A stretch of DNA of 64,000 bases from Gammaproteobacteria bacterium (lineage in GTDB: Bacteria > Pseudomonadota > Gammaproteobacteria > Steroidobacterales > Rariloculaceae): assembly GCA_039933105.1 (NCBI GenBank), contig JBDTOT010000002.1:26058-90057 (forward strand). Reading direction: 5' to 3'. Positions 49,501 through 60,330 of the stretch are shown piece after piece. Below the pieces are notes generated by a model. It was given only the letters and a program-made list of their open reading frames with translations, was not told where the DNA came from and did no database searches. The translations under genes and the position numbers were made by a program. Positions within the stretch are counted from its first letter, which is position 1. Each line of letters opens with the position of its first letter.

Positions 49501-51906
49501 CTAGTCACTGCCGTTGTGTGCGCCCACGCGTTGTCGCAACTCTTCGAGCTCCGCGGGCGTCCCGATGAAGAGCCTATCCGGGAAGCGCTGCGTCCCCGCG
49601 ATTAGGCCGTCAAAGATATCGCCTGCGCGGTAGGCGTTCAGCCCGCCACCCGCGAGATATTGCAGGCGCAAGTTGCGATCGGTGTTGATCGCGGCGCTGT
49701 CCAGCCATTTGGCCATGTCGCCAGCTCCGCCGGCATACGTGCCGAGCAGCTCGAGCGCCGAATCGAAGCCAACGTCGTGCAGCGAGCCCGCCACTTGCGC
49801 GTATTGCGCGCCGGCGAGCGTGCGCGTGATGCGTTCGACGTCGATCGGCGCGTCACCGACGCGACCGAACAGCACGGCATCGTAGCCCATGCCGTCAACG
49901 CGATTCGCGAACAGCGCGCCGTTCGGGAACACCGTGAAGAACGTCGCGATCTCGCTCTGTACCGCGTCCTCGGTAGTTTCGTAGAACTGCAGGAACACCG
50001 TCACCACACCGCCGTCGTTCAAGCGCGACTTGCAGAGCTGCCAGAACTCGCGCGTGTAAAGCGTCGCCGCGCCTTTGACCCAGGTGTCGAGAGGATCGGA
50101 GGTAATCGCGTCGAACTTCCAGTCGGTGGTCGCAAGATAGTGGCGGCCGTCGTCGACGTTGACCTCGACCTTCGGGTTCGTCACGACCCCGAAGTTGGGT
50201 ACGGTGAAGAACTCCCCCGCCGCTTGCGACACGAGCGGTTCGATCTCGGCGACGACCACGTGCTCGACGGCCGGGTCGATGCTCACTGCGCCGGCGGTAA
50301 TGCCGGCGCCGAGCCCGATCACGAGAACGTTGCTTGGGCGCTCGGGCGTAAGCGTCGCGAGATGGCCGAGCATGCGCTGCAGGCGCAGGTCCTGTGGATA
50401 CGTGGACGCCTGGGTTTTGCCGGCGTTGTGATAAGTGAGAATGCCGCTCGGCTCGCGCGTCACGGCAATGGACGCCGTGAGTCCCTCGCCGACATAGACG
50501 ACGTTCGCATCGGCACCACGCGTCGGCAGGAAGCGGCCGTAGGCAACGAGCGCCGGCGGCAACTCGTCCACGGTGTACGCGAGCACCCCTGCAGCCGCGA
50601 CCACGAGCACCGCCGCCCCTAGCTTCACCCCACCGCGACGGCCGACGCTCGTGAGCACCACTAGCCCAGCCGCCGCCGCGACGAAGATCGACAGTTGTTG
50701 CGTACGCTGGCCGCCGATCGTCACCACCAGCACGAACGTCGTGAGCAGCGCGCCCGCGATCGCACCCGCTGTGTTCGTCGCGTAGAGACGGCCGACGTAC
50801 CGACGCGGGTCGGTGCCCGATACCACGGCAGCCGCGAGCGCCAACGGAAAGCTCGCGCCCCACAACAGCGCGGCCGGGAGCACGGCCCACGCGGTGCGCA
50901 CGGTGTCGATCTGCAACGCGACGGCGGCCGTGGTCGGCAGCGTCACGTCGAATGGCCAGTACGGCAGCGACTGCGCGATCACGTACGCTGCCCATGCGAG
51001 CGCCGCCGCAAGCAGAAGCTGACAGCCGCCGAGCGCGTACCCCGCGTCGACACGGCGGCCGAGCACGGCGCCGGCGGCGCTCCCCAGCCCAAAACCGAAC
51101 ATAAGCACCGCCAGGATCAACGCGAACGTATACACCGTGCCGCCGAACAGCAGCGACAGGTGACGCGTCCACAGCACTTCGGCGGACAGCGCGGTGAAAC
51201 CGGACAAACCCGTTGCCACGTAGATCGGCCACTGCGACCGCGCCGGCACAAGGGCTCGCCGCTCGATCGGCAGCGCCGCTTGCGGCGCTGCTCTCCCCGC
51301 CAGCCACACGCCGGCCGCCGCAACGCTGAAATTCAGTGCCGCTGCGACGAACGTCGCGACGTAGGCGTCGTGCCGGCGCAGCAAGTAGAACCCCGCGGCG
51401 AGACTACCGATCATCGCGCCGCCTAAATTCGCCGCATAGCAAAGCCCGAGCCACGCCGCGCCGTTCGGTACGGTCTCGACCCAACGCGCTACCGCGGGCA
51501 GCGTCGCGCCCATCAGTACCGTGGCCGGCAGCAGGCACACCGCGGCCGCGAACGCGCGCAGGGTCAGGTCGACGAGCCCTGTTCCGCCCCACGCCGTGTA
51601 CGCGCTACCCACCGCCGGAATGATCGCCAACGCCGCGAAGCCAAGCACGCCCACGCCGAGTTCGAGCGCGGCGAAGACACGCAGCGGCGCCCGGTGTGCG
51701 GCCACGAACCGCGGCAGCCACAGGCCGCCGAGGCACATGCCGCCCATGAAGGCCGCGAGCAGCACGCCGAGCGAGATCGCCGAAGTACCCAGTACCAAGC
51801 TGAGCCGCTCGAACCACACGACCTGATAGATGAGTGCGGCGCAGCCGCTCGCGGCAAACAGCGCCAGCGACGCAGGCAGCACGGAATCTGGCTTCCTAGT
51901 CGCCAC
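49501..51906 (-). CDS. fused MFS-like membrane domain / spermidine synthase-like protein
   Basis: 801 aa. The N-terminal part has about 12 TM helices. The C-terminal class I SAM-fold region reads VLVIGLGAGITAGAV...ITSDPLDTWVKGAATLYTREFW. Confidence 0.8.
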   Translation of the reverse strand: MATRKPDSVLPASLALFAASGCAALIYQVVWFERLSLVLGTSAISLGVLLAAFMGGMCLGGLWLPRFVAAHRAPLRVFAALELGVGVLGFAALAIIPAVGSAYTAWGGTGLVDLTLRAFAAAVCLLPATVLMGATLPAVARWVETVPNGAAWLGLCYAANLGGAMIGSLAAGFYLLRRHDAYVATFVAAALNFSVAAAGVWLAGRAAPQAALPIERRALVPARSQWPIYVATGLSGFTALSAEVLWTRHLSLLFGGTVYTFALILAVLMFGFGLGSAAGAVLGRRVDAGYALGGCQLLLAAALAWAAYVIAQSLPYWPFDVTLPTTAAVALQIDTVRTAWAVLPAALLWGASFPLALAAAVVSGTDPRRYVGRLYATNTAGAIAGALLTTFVLVVTIGGQRTQQLSIFVAAAAGLVVLTSVGRRGGVKLGAAVLVVAAAGVLAYTVDELPPALVAYGRFLPTRGADANVVYVGEGLTASIAVTREPSGILTYHNAGKTQASTYPQDLRLQRMLGHLATLTPERPSNVLVIGLGAGITAGAVSIDPAVEHVVVAEIEPLVSQAAGEFFTVPNFGVVTNPKVEVNVDDGRHYLATTDWKFDAITSDPLDTWVKGAATLYTREFWQLCKSRLNDGGVVTVFLQFYETTEDAVQSEIATFFTVFPNGALFANRVDGMGYDAVLFGRVGDAPIDVERITRTLAGAQYAQVAGSLHDVGFDSALELLGTYAGGAGDMAKWLDSAAINTDRNLRLQYLAGGGLNAYRAGDIFDGLIAGTQRFPDRLFIGTPAELEELRQRVGAHNGSD

Positions 51907-51939
51907 GATTGAGCCCGCCGATGGATGAGGCTTGCGAGA

Positions 51940-53316
51940 CTAGACGAAGACGCCGCCGATTTCGAACAACCGTTCGACCTCATCGATCTGCCGCCGGTCG
52001 GCGATGAAGAGGATCACGTGGTCGTCGGCCTGGATCCTGGTGTCGTGGTGCGCCATCAGCACGTCGTCGCCGCGCACGATCGCACTGATCGTCGCACCGC
52101 GCGGCAACTGAATCTCCTCGATGAGCCGGCCGACCACGCGCGATTCTCGCGCCTCGCCGTGCGCGACCGCTTCGATGGCCTCGGCCGCACCCCGCCGCAG
52201 CGAGTGCACCTTCACGACGTCGCCGCGACGCACGTGCGCGAGCAGGCTGCCGAGCGTGATCTGCTGCGGCGAAATCGCAATATCGATCGTGCCGGATTCG
52301 ACGAGCTCCGCGTACGCGGCCTTGTTGATCAGCGCCATGACTTTGCGGGCGCCGAGCCGTTTGGCGAGCATCGCCGAGAGAATATTCGCTTCCTCGGTAT
52401 TCGTGACGGCCACGAAGACGTCGGTGCTGTCGATGTTCTCCTCGAGCAGCAGCTCCTCGTCGGCCGAATCGCCGTGCAGCACGACCGCGCGCGCGAGCTC
52501 GTCGGAGATGCGTCGCGCCCGCTGAAAGTCGCGCTCGATGATCTTGACCTGACAGATGCCCTCGATCGCGCGTGCCAAGTCGAGGCCGATGTTGCCGCCG
52601 CCAGCGATCACGACTTTGCGAATCGGGCTATCGAGCTTGCGCATCTCGCGCAGCACAGTACGCGTGTCATTGCGCGCTGCGATGAAGAATACCTCGTCGC
52701 CTTCTTCGACCACGGTATCGCCGTCGGGCAGGATGCCGCGCCCGCCGCGGTAGATCGCAACTACGCGGCATTCGATGTTCGGGATGTGCTTCGACAGATC
52801 ACGCAGCGGATGGCCCACGAGCGCGCCCTCGCGATTGGCACGCGTCGCGACGAGCCGTAGCTTGCCGTCCGCGAAGTCGAGCACCTGCAGCGCGCCGGGG
52901 TTGCGAATCAGCTGCTCGATGTAGTCCGTCACGAGCGACGCGGGACTGATCGCCACGTCGACCGGGATGCCATCCGGGCCGAATAGCTGTTCGCGGGCCA
53001 TGAGCGCCCGAGCGCGAATTCGCGCGATGCGCGTGGGAGTGCGGAACAGCGTGAACGCAATCTGGCACGCGAGCATGTTGATCTCGTCGCTGCTCGTGAG
53101 CGCGATCAAAATGTCGGCCTCGCGCGCACCGGCGCGTTCGAGCACATCGGGGTGCGAGGCGTTGCCGACGACGGTGCGCACGTCCAGTCGGTCCTGTAGC
53201 TCTCTTAGCACTTCGGCATTGCGGTCGACGATCGTGACTTCGTTCGCCTCTTCTCTTGCGAGACTGAACGCTGCCGTGCTGCCTACCTGCCCTGCACCTA
53301 GGATAAGAATCTTCAT
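51940..53316 (-). CDS. trkA: Trk system potassium uptake protein TrkA
   Basis: 458 aa with two Rossmann repeats, MKILILGAGQVGS and KVVIAGGGNIG. Confidence 0.9.
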   Translation of the reverse strand: MKILILGAGQVGSTAAFSLAREEANEVTIVDRNAEVLRELQDRLDVRTVVGNASHPDVLERAGAREADILIALTSSDEINMLACQIAFTLFRTPTRIARIRARALMAREQLFGPDGIPVDVAISPASLVTDYIEQLIRNPGALQVLDFADGKLRLVATRANREGALVGHPLRDLSKHIPNIECRVVAIYRGGRGILPDGDTVVEEGDEVFFIAARNDTRTVLREMRKLDSPIRKVVIAGGGNIGLDLARAIEGICQVKIIERDFQRARRISDELARAVVLHGDSADEELLLEENIDSTDVFVAVTNTEEANILSAMLAKRLGARKVMALINKAAYAELVESGTIDIAISPQQITLGSLLAHVRRGDVVKVHSLRRGAAEAIEAVAHGEARESRVVGRLIEEIQLPRGATISAIVRGDDVLMAHHDTRIQADDHVILFIADRRQIDEVERLFEIGGVFV

Positions 53317-53328
53317 CGGCGAAGCAGT

Positions 53329-55479
53329 CTACATCAGCTCTAGGTTGGCGTAGGCGAGGACGAGCCATTTCGTGCCTTCACGCTCGAAGTTCACCTGAAC
53401 GCGCGCGTGCGCACCGCTGCCTTCGGCGTTCAGGACGATGCCCTCGCCGAAGCGGCCGTGCCGCACGCGCTGGCCGAGCCGCATGCCGCCCTGGCTCGGC
53501 GACGCCTCCTGCCGGCGGTACAGCGGCCGCGAGACGACCATCGCGGGTCGCACTTCCTCGAGCAGCTCCGCCGGGATCTCGCGCAGGAACCGCGACGGAG
53601 TCGCGAACGACTCGACACCGTGGAGCCGGCGCTGCTCGGCGTGCGTGAGGTACAGCTCACGGCGTGCACGCGTGATGCCGACGTAGCACAGGCGCCGTTC
53701 CTCCTCGAGGCCCGCCGAGTCGTTCAACGAGCGCTGATGCGGGAACAGCCCGTCTTCCATTCCGGAGAGGAATACGTACGAGAACTCGAGACCCTTGGCC
53801 GAGTGCAGCGTCATGAGCTGCACGCTGTCCTGATATTCGTCTGCCTGCCCGTCGCCGGATTCGAGCACCGCGAACGACAGGAACTCGGCGAGCGGCGGCA
53901 GGTCGGTTTGCTCACCGCGCATGACCTCGCGCGCGGCGTTCACGAGCTCCTCGAGGTTCTCGACGCGCGCTTCGCCACCGGCGTCCGCCTTTTTGCCGTG
54001 ATGCGCAGTTAGGCCGCTCCTCTCGATCACGCGCGCCACTTGCTCGTGCAGGCTGTCGGCACGCGAGTCGGCGTCGAGCTTGTCGATCAGCGCGAGGAAT
54101 GCCCACAACGCCTCGGCCGCGCGTTTCGCGAGCACGCCGCCGGCAATCAGCGCAGCGGCCGCGCGCCACAGGCTCGTGCCGGCAGCACGCGCCCCCTCGC
54201 GGACCTGCTCGACGGTCCGCGTACCGATACCACGCGGCGGTGTGTTCACCACGCGCTCGAACGACGGATCGTCGTCGCGGTTTGCGACCAGCCGCAGATA
54301 CGCCAGGGCGTCCTTGATCTCCATGCGCTCGAAGAACCGCAGGCCGCCATAGACGCGGTACGGAATTTTGGCCGCGAGCAACTTCTCCTCGAACACGCGT
54401 GACTGGGCATTCGAGCGATACAGGACGGCACACTCCGCGCGCTTGTTGCCTTGTTGGATGTAGTCTTGGATTCGGTTCACGACGAATTCGGCTTCGTCGT
54501 ATTCGTTGAACGCGGCATAGACCCTGATCGGCACGCCCGCCGCGCCATCGGTCCACAGTGTCTTGCCGAGCCTTGATGAGTTGTTCGCGATCACGGCATT
54601 CGCCGCGTTCAGGATATTGGCCGTGGAACGGTAGTTCTGCTCGAGCCGCACAAGCTGCGTGCCGGCGTAATCCTGCTGAAACCGGTGCAAATTCTCGATG
54701 CGCGCGCCACGCCAGCGATAAATGGACTGATCGTCGTCGCCGACGACGAAGGGCTTGCCGTCGGGGCCCGCGAGCACGCGCAGCCAGCGGTACTGGATGG
54801 CGTTCGTGTCCTGAAACTCATCCACGAGCAGATGCTGAAAGCGCTGTTGGTACTGGCGCGCGAGGTCGGCGTTGTCGCGCAGCAGCTCGAGGCTGCGCAG
54901 CAGCAGCTCGCCGAAATCGATCAGGGATGCGGCCGCGCAAGCTTGCTCGTACCGCGCATAGAGATCGATCATCTGCCGCCGACCTGCGTTGCCTTCGTCG
55001 CGCAATTCCTTGGGCCTAAGTCCCTCGTCCTTCTGCGCGTTGATGAACCACTGAATCTCCTTCGGCACCCAGAGGTTTTCGTCGAGCTCGAGCGCGCGCA
55101 CCATGCGACGGATCATGCGGTGCTGGTCGTCGGAGTCCATGATCTGGAAGCCTTGCGCCAAACCCGCTTCCCGCCAGTGGATTCGGAGCAGCCGGTGGGA
55201 AAGACCGTGGAACGTACCGATCCATAAGTTGCGCGTCGGCACACCGAGCAGGGCTTCGACGCGGTCGCGCATTTCGGCCGCGGCCTTGTTCGTGAACGTC
55301 ACGGACAGCACGTGTTGCGCGGCTACGCCACCGACACGGATGACCCACGCGATGCGGTGTACGAGCACACGCGTCTTGCCGCTGCCGGCGCCGGCCAGCA
55401 CGAGCGTCGGGCGATCGGGCGCCGTGACGGCCTCGCGCTGGGCGTCGTTCAAGGATTCGATGATGTCGGTGACGTCCAC
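53329..55479 (-). CDS. uvrD: ATP-dependent DNA helicase II (UvrD)
   Basis: 716 aa with AGAGSGKTRVLVHRIAW, DEFQDTN and VQLMTLHSAKGLEF. Confidence 0.9.
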   Translation of the reverse strand: MDVTDIIESLNDAQREAVTAPDRPTLVLAGAGSGKTRVLVHRIAWVIRVGGVAAQHVLSVTFTNKAAAEMRDRVEALLGVPTRNLWIGTFHGLSHRLLRIHWREAGLAQGFQIMDSDDQHRMIRRMVRALELDENLWVPKEIQWFINAQKDEGLRPKELRDEGNAGRRQMIDLYARYEQACAAASLIDFGELLLRSLELLRDNADLARQYQQRFQHLLVDEFQDTNAIQYRWLRVLAGPDGKPFVVGDDDQSIYRWRGARIENLHRFQQDYAGTQLVRLEQNYRSTANILNAANAVIANNSSRLGKTLWTDGAAGVPIRVYAAFNEYDEAEFVVNRIQDYIQQGNKRAECAVLYRSNAQSRVFEEKLLAAKIPYRVYGGLRFFERMEIKDALAYLRLVANRDDDPSFERVVNTPPRGIGTRTVEQVREGARAAGTSLWRAAAALIAGGVLAKRAAEALWAFLALIDKLDADSRADSLHEQVARVIERSGLTAHHGKKADAGGEARVENLEELVNAAREVMRGEQTDLPPLAEFLSFAVLESGDGQADEYQDSVQLMTLHSAKGLEFSYVFLSGMEDGLFPHQRSLNDSAGLEEERRLCYVGITRARRELYLTHAEQRRLHGVESFATPSRFLREIPAELLEEVRPAMVVSRPLYRRQEASPSQGGMRLGQRVRHGRFGEGIVLNAEGSGAHARVQVNFEREGTKWLVLAYANLELM

Positions 55480-55521
55480 GGCGAAGCGCGATGCGCCCGT
55501 AAGGCTACGGCGGCGCGACGC

Positions 55522-56433
55522 TCACTCCGGCCAGATGGCCGGCACGTAGTGATCGACGAGCAAGAACGTGAAGAGCGCCATCAGATACGTGATCGAGTAG
55601 CGGAAGGTCACCATCGGCAGATCAGGGCGCGGCGCGAACTTGAGCTTCAATGCGTAGTACAGAAAGCCCAAGCCGAGCAGCACGGCGCCGACCAGATAGA
55701 GCTTGCCGCTCATGCCGGTGATGTAGGGCATTACCGTGACGCATAGGAGCAAGATGGTGTAGTGGACGATGAACGACTTCGTGATCTCCTCGCCGTGGGT
55801 CACGGGCAGCATCGGAATGTCCGCGCGCTCGTAGTCGCTGCGGCGCGCGATTGCCAACGCCCAAAAGTGCGGCGGCGTCCACGTGAAGATGATCAGGAAC
55901 AGCAGCAACGCGTAGCCGTCGACGTGCCCTGTGACCGTGGCCCAGCCGAGCACCGGCGGAGCTGCGCCGGCAGCACCGCCGATCACGATGTTCTGGGGGG
56001 TCGCACGCTTCAGCCACATGGTGTAGATGACCGCGTAGCCGATCAATGAGAGGAACGTCAGCGCGGCGGTCAGCGCGTTGACCAGCAATGTCAGTATGCC
56101 GATGCCGACGAGCGCCAACGCCAGCGCGAACACGAGCGCGTCGCGCTCGTGCACCCGGCCGGCGGGCAGCGGCCGGCTGCGCGTGCGCGCCATCTGCGCA
56201 TCGATTCGTTGATCGATGACCTGGTTCACGACGGCGGCCGCGGCGGCCGTCAATCCGATGCCGACGCTGCCGGCGATCAGCAAATCCAACGGCACCATGC
56301 CCGGCACCGCGAGGAACATGCCGACGATCGCCGTGAACACGAGCAACTGCACCACGCCCGGCTTCGTCAGCACGTAGTAGTCGCGCCAGCGCGGAACGGC
56401 GGCGCTAACGTTGCCTAATTCTTTGGTTAGCAT
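55522..56433 (-). CDS. cyoE: protohaem IX farnesyltransferase (haem O synthase)
   Basis: UbiA-family motifs LTKPGVV...[24 protein letters not shown] 56433 is preferred over 56463 because it avoids a 59-nt overlap with ctaA. Confidence 0.9.
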   Translation of the reverse strand: MLTKELGNVSAAVPRWRDYYVLTKPGVVQLLVFTAIVGMFLAVPGMVPLDLLIAGSVGIGLTAAAAAVVNQVIDQRIDAQMARTRSRPLPAGRVHERDALVFALALALVGIGILTLLVNALTAALTFLSLIGYAVIYTMWLKRATPQNIVIGGAAGAAPPVLGWATVTGHVDGYALLLFLIIFTWTPPHFWALAIARRSDYERADIPMLPVTHGEEITKSFIVHYTILLLCVTVMPYITGMSGKLYLVGAVLLGLGFLYYALKLKFAPRPDLPMVTFRYSITYLMALFTFLLVDHYVPAIWPE

Positions 56434-57382
56434 TGATGACAGCCAGGAGCAGGAGCGCGGCAATGCCGTTGTGTGCGACGGCTACGGCCAGCGGTACACC
56501 GAACACCACGATACTAACACCGAGGCTCACCTGGAGAAGAACCAGACCGAGCACCGCGAGTCCATCGGCCCGCGTGGCGGCGTCGCGCGCGAGGCGCCAG
56601 CCGAGCAGCACGATCAACACGAAGGCCAGGAGCGCGCCCAGGCGGTGCGCGAAGTGAATCGCGACGCGGGCCGGATGGTCCAGCACGCCGCCCTCGTACG
56701 ACACCCCGAGCCCGCGCCACAGCACGAAGCCATCCTTGTAGTCGGCCAACGCGGGCCACCACTGCGTTTGGCAGGTGGGGAAGTCGGGGCACGCGAGCGC
56801 GGCATAGTTGGAGCTCGTCCAGCCGCCGAGAAAAATCTGCAGAACCAGAGCCGCCGCTGCGACGAGGCCGAGCGCACGCAGGGCCGGCGTTGGCGCGCCG
56901 ACGCGGGTCGTTCGCCAGCGTCCGAGCGACGCGAGCAACGCGAGCGTCGCAAGACCGCCGAACAGGTGCGCGACGACGATCAGCGGCTTCAGAAGCAGCG
57001 TCACCGTCCACATCCCGAGCAGCGCCTGAAACACGATGAGCCCGACCAGGACGACGGGACGGCGCCACGGCTGCGAGGGATCGCTACGGTTGCGCCACGC
57101 GAGCGCCGCGAGCGCCACCGTCACGAGCACGAGCCCGCCAGCGAGGTAGCGATGAATCATTTCGCGCCACGCCTTCGCTTCCTCGAGCGGACGCACCGCG
57201 CCCTGAGGACCGAGGTCCTGCACAGACGTCGATTGGTCCGGCACCACGAGGCGGCCATAACAGCCGGGCCAATCGGGGCAGCCCAAGCCCGCGTCGTGCA
57301 AGCGCACCCACGCACCGAGCATGACGACCGCAAGCGCCAGCACGGCGCCGAAGCGCGCGATTCGGACGAAGAGCGTGTTCAT
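56405..57382 (-). CDS. ctaA: haem A synthase (COX15/CtaA)
   Basis: 325 aa with 8 TM helices, [12 protein letters not shown] and a HRxxA pattern. Confidence 0.85.
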   Translation of the reverse strand: MNTLFVRIARFGAVLALAVVMLGAWVRLHDAGLGCPDWPGCYGRLVVPDQSTSVQDLGPQGAVRPLEEAKAWREMIHRYLAGGLVLVTVALAALAWRNRSDPSQPWRRPVVLVGLIVFQALLGMWTVTLLLKPLIVVAHLFGGLATLALLASLGRWRTTRVGAPTPALRALGLVAAAALVLQIFLGGWTSSNYAALACPDFPTCQTQWWPALADYKDGFVLWRGLGVSYEGGVLDHPARVAIHFAHRLGALLAFVLIVLLGWRLARDAATRADGLAVLGLVLLQVSLGVSIVVFGVPLAVAVAHNGIAALLLLAVINANQRIRQR

Positions 57383-57930
57383 GAGCCTGTTCCGGATCCG
57401 GCCAGCAACCGTTTGAGGTCGCGCAATAGTTCTTTTTGTTCGACGTCGACGGGATAGCTCAGGATCACGCTACCCCGCGGGTCGGCCACGTACACGCGGC
57501 CGCCGCTAATCCGTTCGGGACCGAGCGCTGCCGCTATGCGGCGGCCCGAATCCTCGTCGAGTCGCTGCACGCTAACCTTCAAGTCAGCGGGCAGTGGCGG
57601 TGCTGCACCCGAATACCACAGCGCCTGTTGCACGCGCTCCTGGTCCTTGCCGAGAGCCTGCTGGACCCGAGACAGCCGGTCCAACACTTCCGCGCATTGC
57701 TGCTCGCACGGGGTCATTCTTGCATAGATCAACAGCCAACGGGACGCGCCGGACTCGGCGGGCAACCACGCCGGCGGCAACTCCACGGGGGTACTCAAGA
57801 GCTCGCGCTGACCCGGCAATTGGGGCAGCCAGTCGCGACCCCACGGGCTGTAGTAGACGAGCGTCGCGACGGCGAACGGACCGAACACTACGAGCGCCAC
57901 GAGCCACGGAACCAGAGGCTTATGTCTCAC
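57379..57930 (-). CDS. conserved oxidase-locus protein of unknown function (membrane-anchored, CxxxC)
   Basis: The GTG start overlaps the SURF1 stop (GTGA), and ATGA overlaps the ctaA start. It has one N-terminal TM helix and CEQQC. Confidence 0.55.
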   Translation of the reverse strand: MRHKPLVPWLVALVVFGPFAVATLVYYSPWGRDWLPQLPGQRELLSTPVELPPAWLPAESGASRWLLIYARMTPCEQQCAEVLDRLSRVQQALGKDQERVQQALWYSGAAPPLPADLKVSVQRLDEDSGRRIAAALGPERISGGRVYVADPRGSVILSYPVDVEQKELLRDLKRLLAGSGTGS

Positions 57931-58664
57931 AACCGCCGCCTCAACATCTTGATCGCGAGCGTGAGCGCAGCGCCGAGCGCGCCGACCCCGAACAATAACC
58001 ACTGACCGGCATAGACCACGTTGCGCTCCGGGCTCACGCCCGGTGCTTGCCAGTCGCGAGCGTAGCCGCCAGGCTCGGCGGGGTCGAGCAACAGCTGGTA
58101 GTCGAACAACGGCTGCCCCAGCTGCGCGGCGAGATCCGCGATCGCCGGGTACTCGACCACTGCGACGCTCTCGGTGGTCGGCGTCGACGCCGGCGCTGCA
58201 GGCTCGCCGAGGCGAATGCCGGGTTGCGGCAGGCGCTCGATGCGCCCAGTGATCGTGCGCGGTTCGGTCGAGGCGCTGACATCGGGTAGGGTGCGGCGAT
58301 CCGAACCGCTGCCGACCCAGCCGCGATTCACGATCAGTCTGCGAGTGGAGCCCTCGACGCGCAGCGCCGTCAGCACGTGATAACCGGCCACGCCGTCGTG
58401 CAGCATGTTGTCGAGCAGGAATTGCGGTGCGGCGAGGTATGCGCCGCGTACCTCGACGCGGTGAAAGCGATTCGCATCCGTCAGCAAGGCCGGCGGATCG
58501 CCGAGCACCTTCGCGCTGTCACCCCCGGCAAACTGCTCGGCGAGCGCGCGGTTCTCGTCCGCACGGCGCAGCTGCCATGCCCCGAGGTAAACGAACAGCG
58601 CTGCAAGCAGCGCGAGGACCACGATCGCGACTGCCGTTCGTGCCCTGTGCCGCGTCGCGGTCAC
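57927..58664 (-). CDS. SURF1 family cytochrome oxidase assembly protein
   Basis: 245 aa with TM helices at both ends and VNRGWV. Confidence 0.8.
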   Translation of the reverse strand: MTATRHRARTAVAIVVLALLAALFVYLGAWQLRRADENRALAEQFAGGDSAKVLGDPPALLTDANRFHRVEVRGAYLAAPQFLLDNMLHDGVAGYHVLTALRVEGSTRRLIVNRGWVGSGSDRRTLPDVSASTEPRTITGRIERLPQPGIRLGEPAAPASTPTTESVAVVEYPAIADLAAQLGQPLFDYQLLLDPAEPGGYARDWQAPGVSPERNVVYAGQWLLFGVGALGAALTLAIKMLRRRL

Positions 58665-58705
58665 GTTAGAATGCCCGTCACCGAATAGCCGCCGGGGAAC
58701 CGCAC

Positions 58706-58903
58706 GTGGTCGCTGTCATTTTCTTCGCCGCCATCCTCGCGAGCTTAGGTCTAGCGCTGTTTGCCCTATTTCGCCGCGGCGACAACTCGCAGCTCATGCT
58801 CCGCGCGCTCACGATTCGCGTGAGCCTATCCGTGCTGTTCTTCCTGCTGCTGATGCTCGGCTGGTATCTCGGCTTGGTGAAGCCCCACGGCCTCGGCGAC
58901 TAG
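58706..58903 (+). CDS. twin-transmembrane-helix small protein (DUF2909-like)
   Basis: 65 aa with two TM helices. It sits between coxC and SURF1, as in many aa3 loci. Confidence 0.6.
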   Translation: MVAVIFFAAILASLGLALFALFRRGDNSQLMLRALTIRVSLSVLFFLLLMLGWYLGLVKPHGLGD

Positions 58904-58916
58904 CGCCGCGCGGCCG

Positions 58917-59780
58917 TTACAGCCAGTACACGAAGAAGAACAGGCCAAGCCATACCACGTCGACGAAGTGCCAGTACCAGGCCACGGCCTCGAACGCGAA
59001 ATGGCGTTCCGGCGTGAAGTGGCCGCGCAGCACGCGCAACCAGATCACGAGGAGCATCAATGCGCCTAGGGTCACGTGCAAGCCGTGGAAACCCGTCAGC
59101 ATGAAGAACGTGCCGCCATAGACGCCGCTGTCGAGGCGCAGATGCAGCTCGCTGTAAGCGTGGATGTACTCGAACGCCTGGAAGCCCAAGAACAAGAAGC
59201 CGAGCAGGAACGTCGCCGCCAACCAAATGATCAACGAGGTGCGATGCTTCGCGCGCAGAGCGTGGTGCGCGATCGTGAGCGTAACGCCGGAAAGCAGTAG
59301 GAGCGCTGTATTCAGAGCCGGAATGCCCCAGGCCTCCATGCGCTCGACGTGGTTTCCCCTCGGGCCGACCGACGGCCAAGCGTTCTCGAAGTTCGGCCAC
59401 AGCAACGAGTTCGTGAAGAAATTGTCGCCTTCGCCAGCGAGCCACGGTGTCACGAGCACGCGCGTGTAGAACAGCGTGCCGAAGAACACGGCGAAGAACA
59501 TCACCTCGGAGAAGATGAACCAGCTCATGCCCAGGCGGAACGACGAATCGACTTTCAAGCTGAACATGTGGCGTTCGTTCTCGCCGATCACGACGCTGAA
59601 CCAGCCGAAGATCATCGTGAGCAAAATCACGAAACCCGAGAGCGCGATCCAGGGGCCCGGCGCGAACTGGTTCAGCCACAAAGAAGTGCCGGCCAGCATG
59701 GTGAACAACCCGACCGAGCCTACGATCGGCCAGCGCGTGCCATGCGGCACGTAGTAGTTGGGAGTCGTCGCGTGTTCCAT
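58917..59780 (-). CDS. coxC: cytochrome c oxidase subunit III
   Basis: MEHATTPNYYVPHGTRWP...GFHGLHVTLG...AWYWHFVDVVWLGLFFFVYWL. ATG 59780 is preferred over 59813. Confidence 0.9.
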   Translation of the reverse strand: MEHATTPNYYVPHGTRWPIVGSVGLFTMLAGTSLWLNQFAPGPWIALSGFVILLTMIFGWFSVVIGENERHMFSLKVDSSFRLGMSWFIFSEVMFFAVFFGTLFYTRVLVTPWLAGEGDNFFTNSLLWPNFENAWPSVGPRGNHVERMEAWGIPALNTALLLLSGVTLTIAHHALRAKHRTSLIIWLAATFLLGFLFLGFQAFEYIHAYSELHLRLDSGVYGGTFFMLTGFHGLHVTLGALMLLVIWLRVLRGHFTPERHFAFEAVAWYWHFVDVVWLGLFFFVYWL

Positions 59781-59787
59781 GGCGGCT

Positions 59788-60315
59788 CTAGTCCTTGATT
59801 TCGGAAACGTCAAAATACGTATACGACAACGACAGTGTGTCTACGTCGTCCGGCAACTGCGGAGCGACCATGAACGCCACCTTCAGCTCACGCTCCTCGA
59901 GCGGCTGAAACTGCTGGCTGGTGAAGCAGAAACATTCGGTCTTGTTGAAGTACTTCGCCGCCGTGCCGGGTGCGATGCTCGGCACTGCCCGGCCGGTGAG
60001 CTCTCGGTCACGCAAGTTGCGCGCACGGAAGTACGTTTCGTACAGCTGCCCCGGGTGCACGTCGATGTGAGTCACTTCCGGCTCGAACTGCCACGGCGAG
60101 CCGCGGGCCACGGAGGCGACGAATTCCACGCGAACGTTGCGATCCGGATCCGGCGCCGCGACGACGACGGCCGCCGCATTCGCGGTCTTGCCGCCCAATC
60201 CCGTTAGGACGCAGAACACGTCGTACAGCGGTACGAGCGCGAATCCAAACGCGAACATCGCCAGCGTGATAGTGGCGAGCTTCAGAGGCAGAAATCGATC
60301 GCGTGTGCCCGACAT
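59788..60315 (-). CDS. ctaG: cytochrome c oxidase assembly protein CtaG/Cox11
   Basis: 175 aa with an N-terminal TM helix and the copper motif CFCF in FNKTECFCFTSQ. Confidence 0.85.
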   Translation of the reverse strand: MSGTRDRFLPLKLATITLAMFAFGFALVPLYDVFCVLTGLGGKTANAAAVVVAAPDPDRNVRVEFVASVARGSPWQFEPEVTHIDVHPGQLYETYFRARNLRDRELTGRAVPSIAPGTAAKYFNKTECFCFTSQQFQPLEERELKVAFMVAPQLPDDVDTLSLSYTYFDVSEIKD

Positions 60316-60330
60316 GATCGTGCGCGCCGC

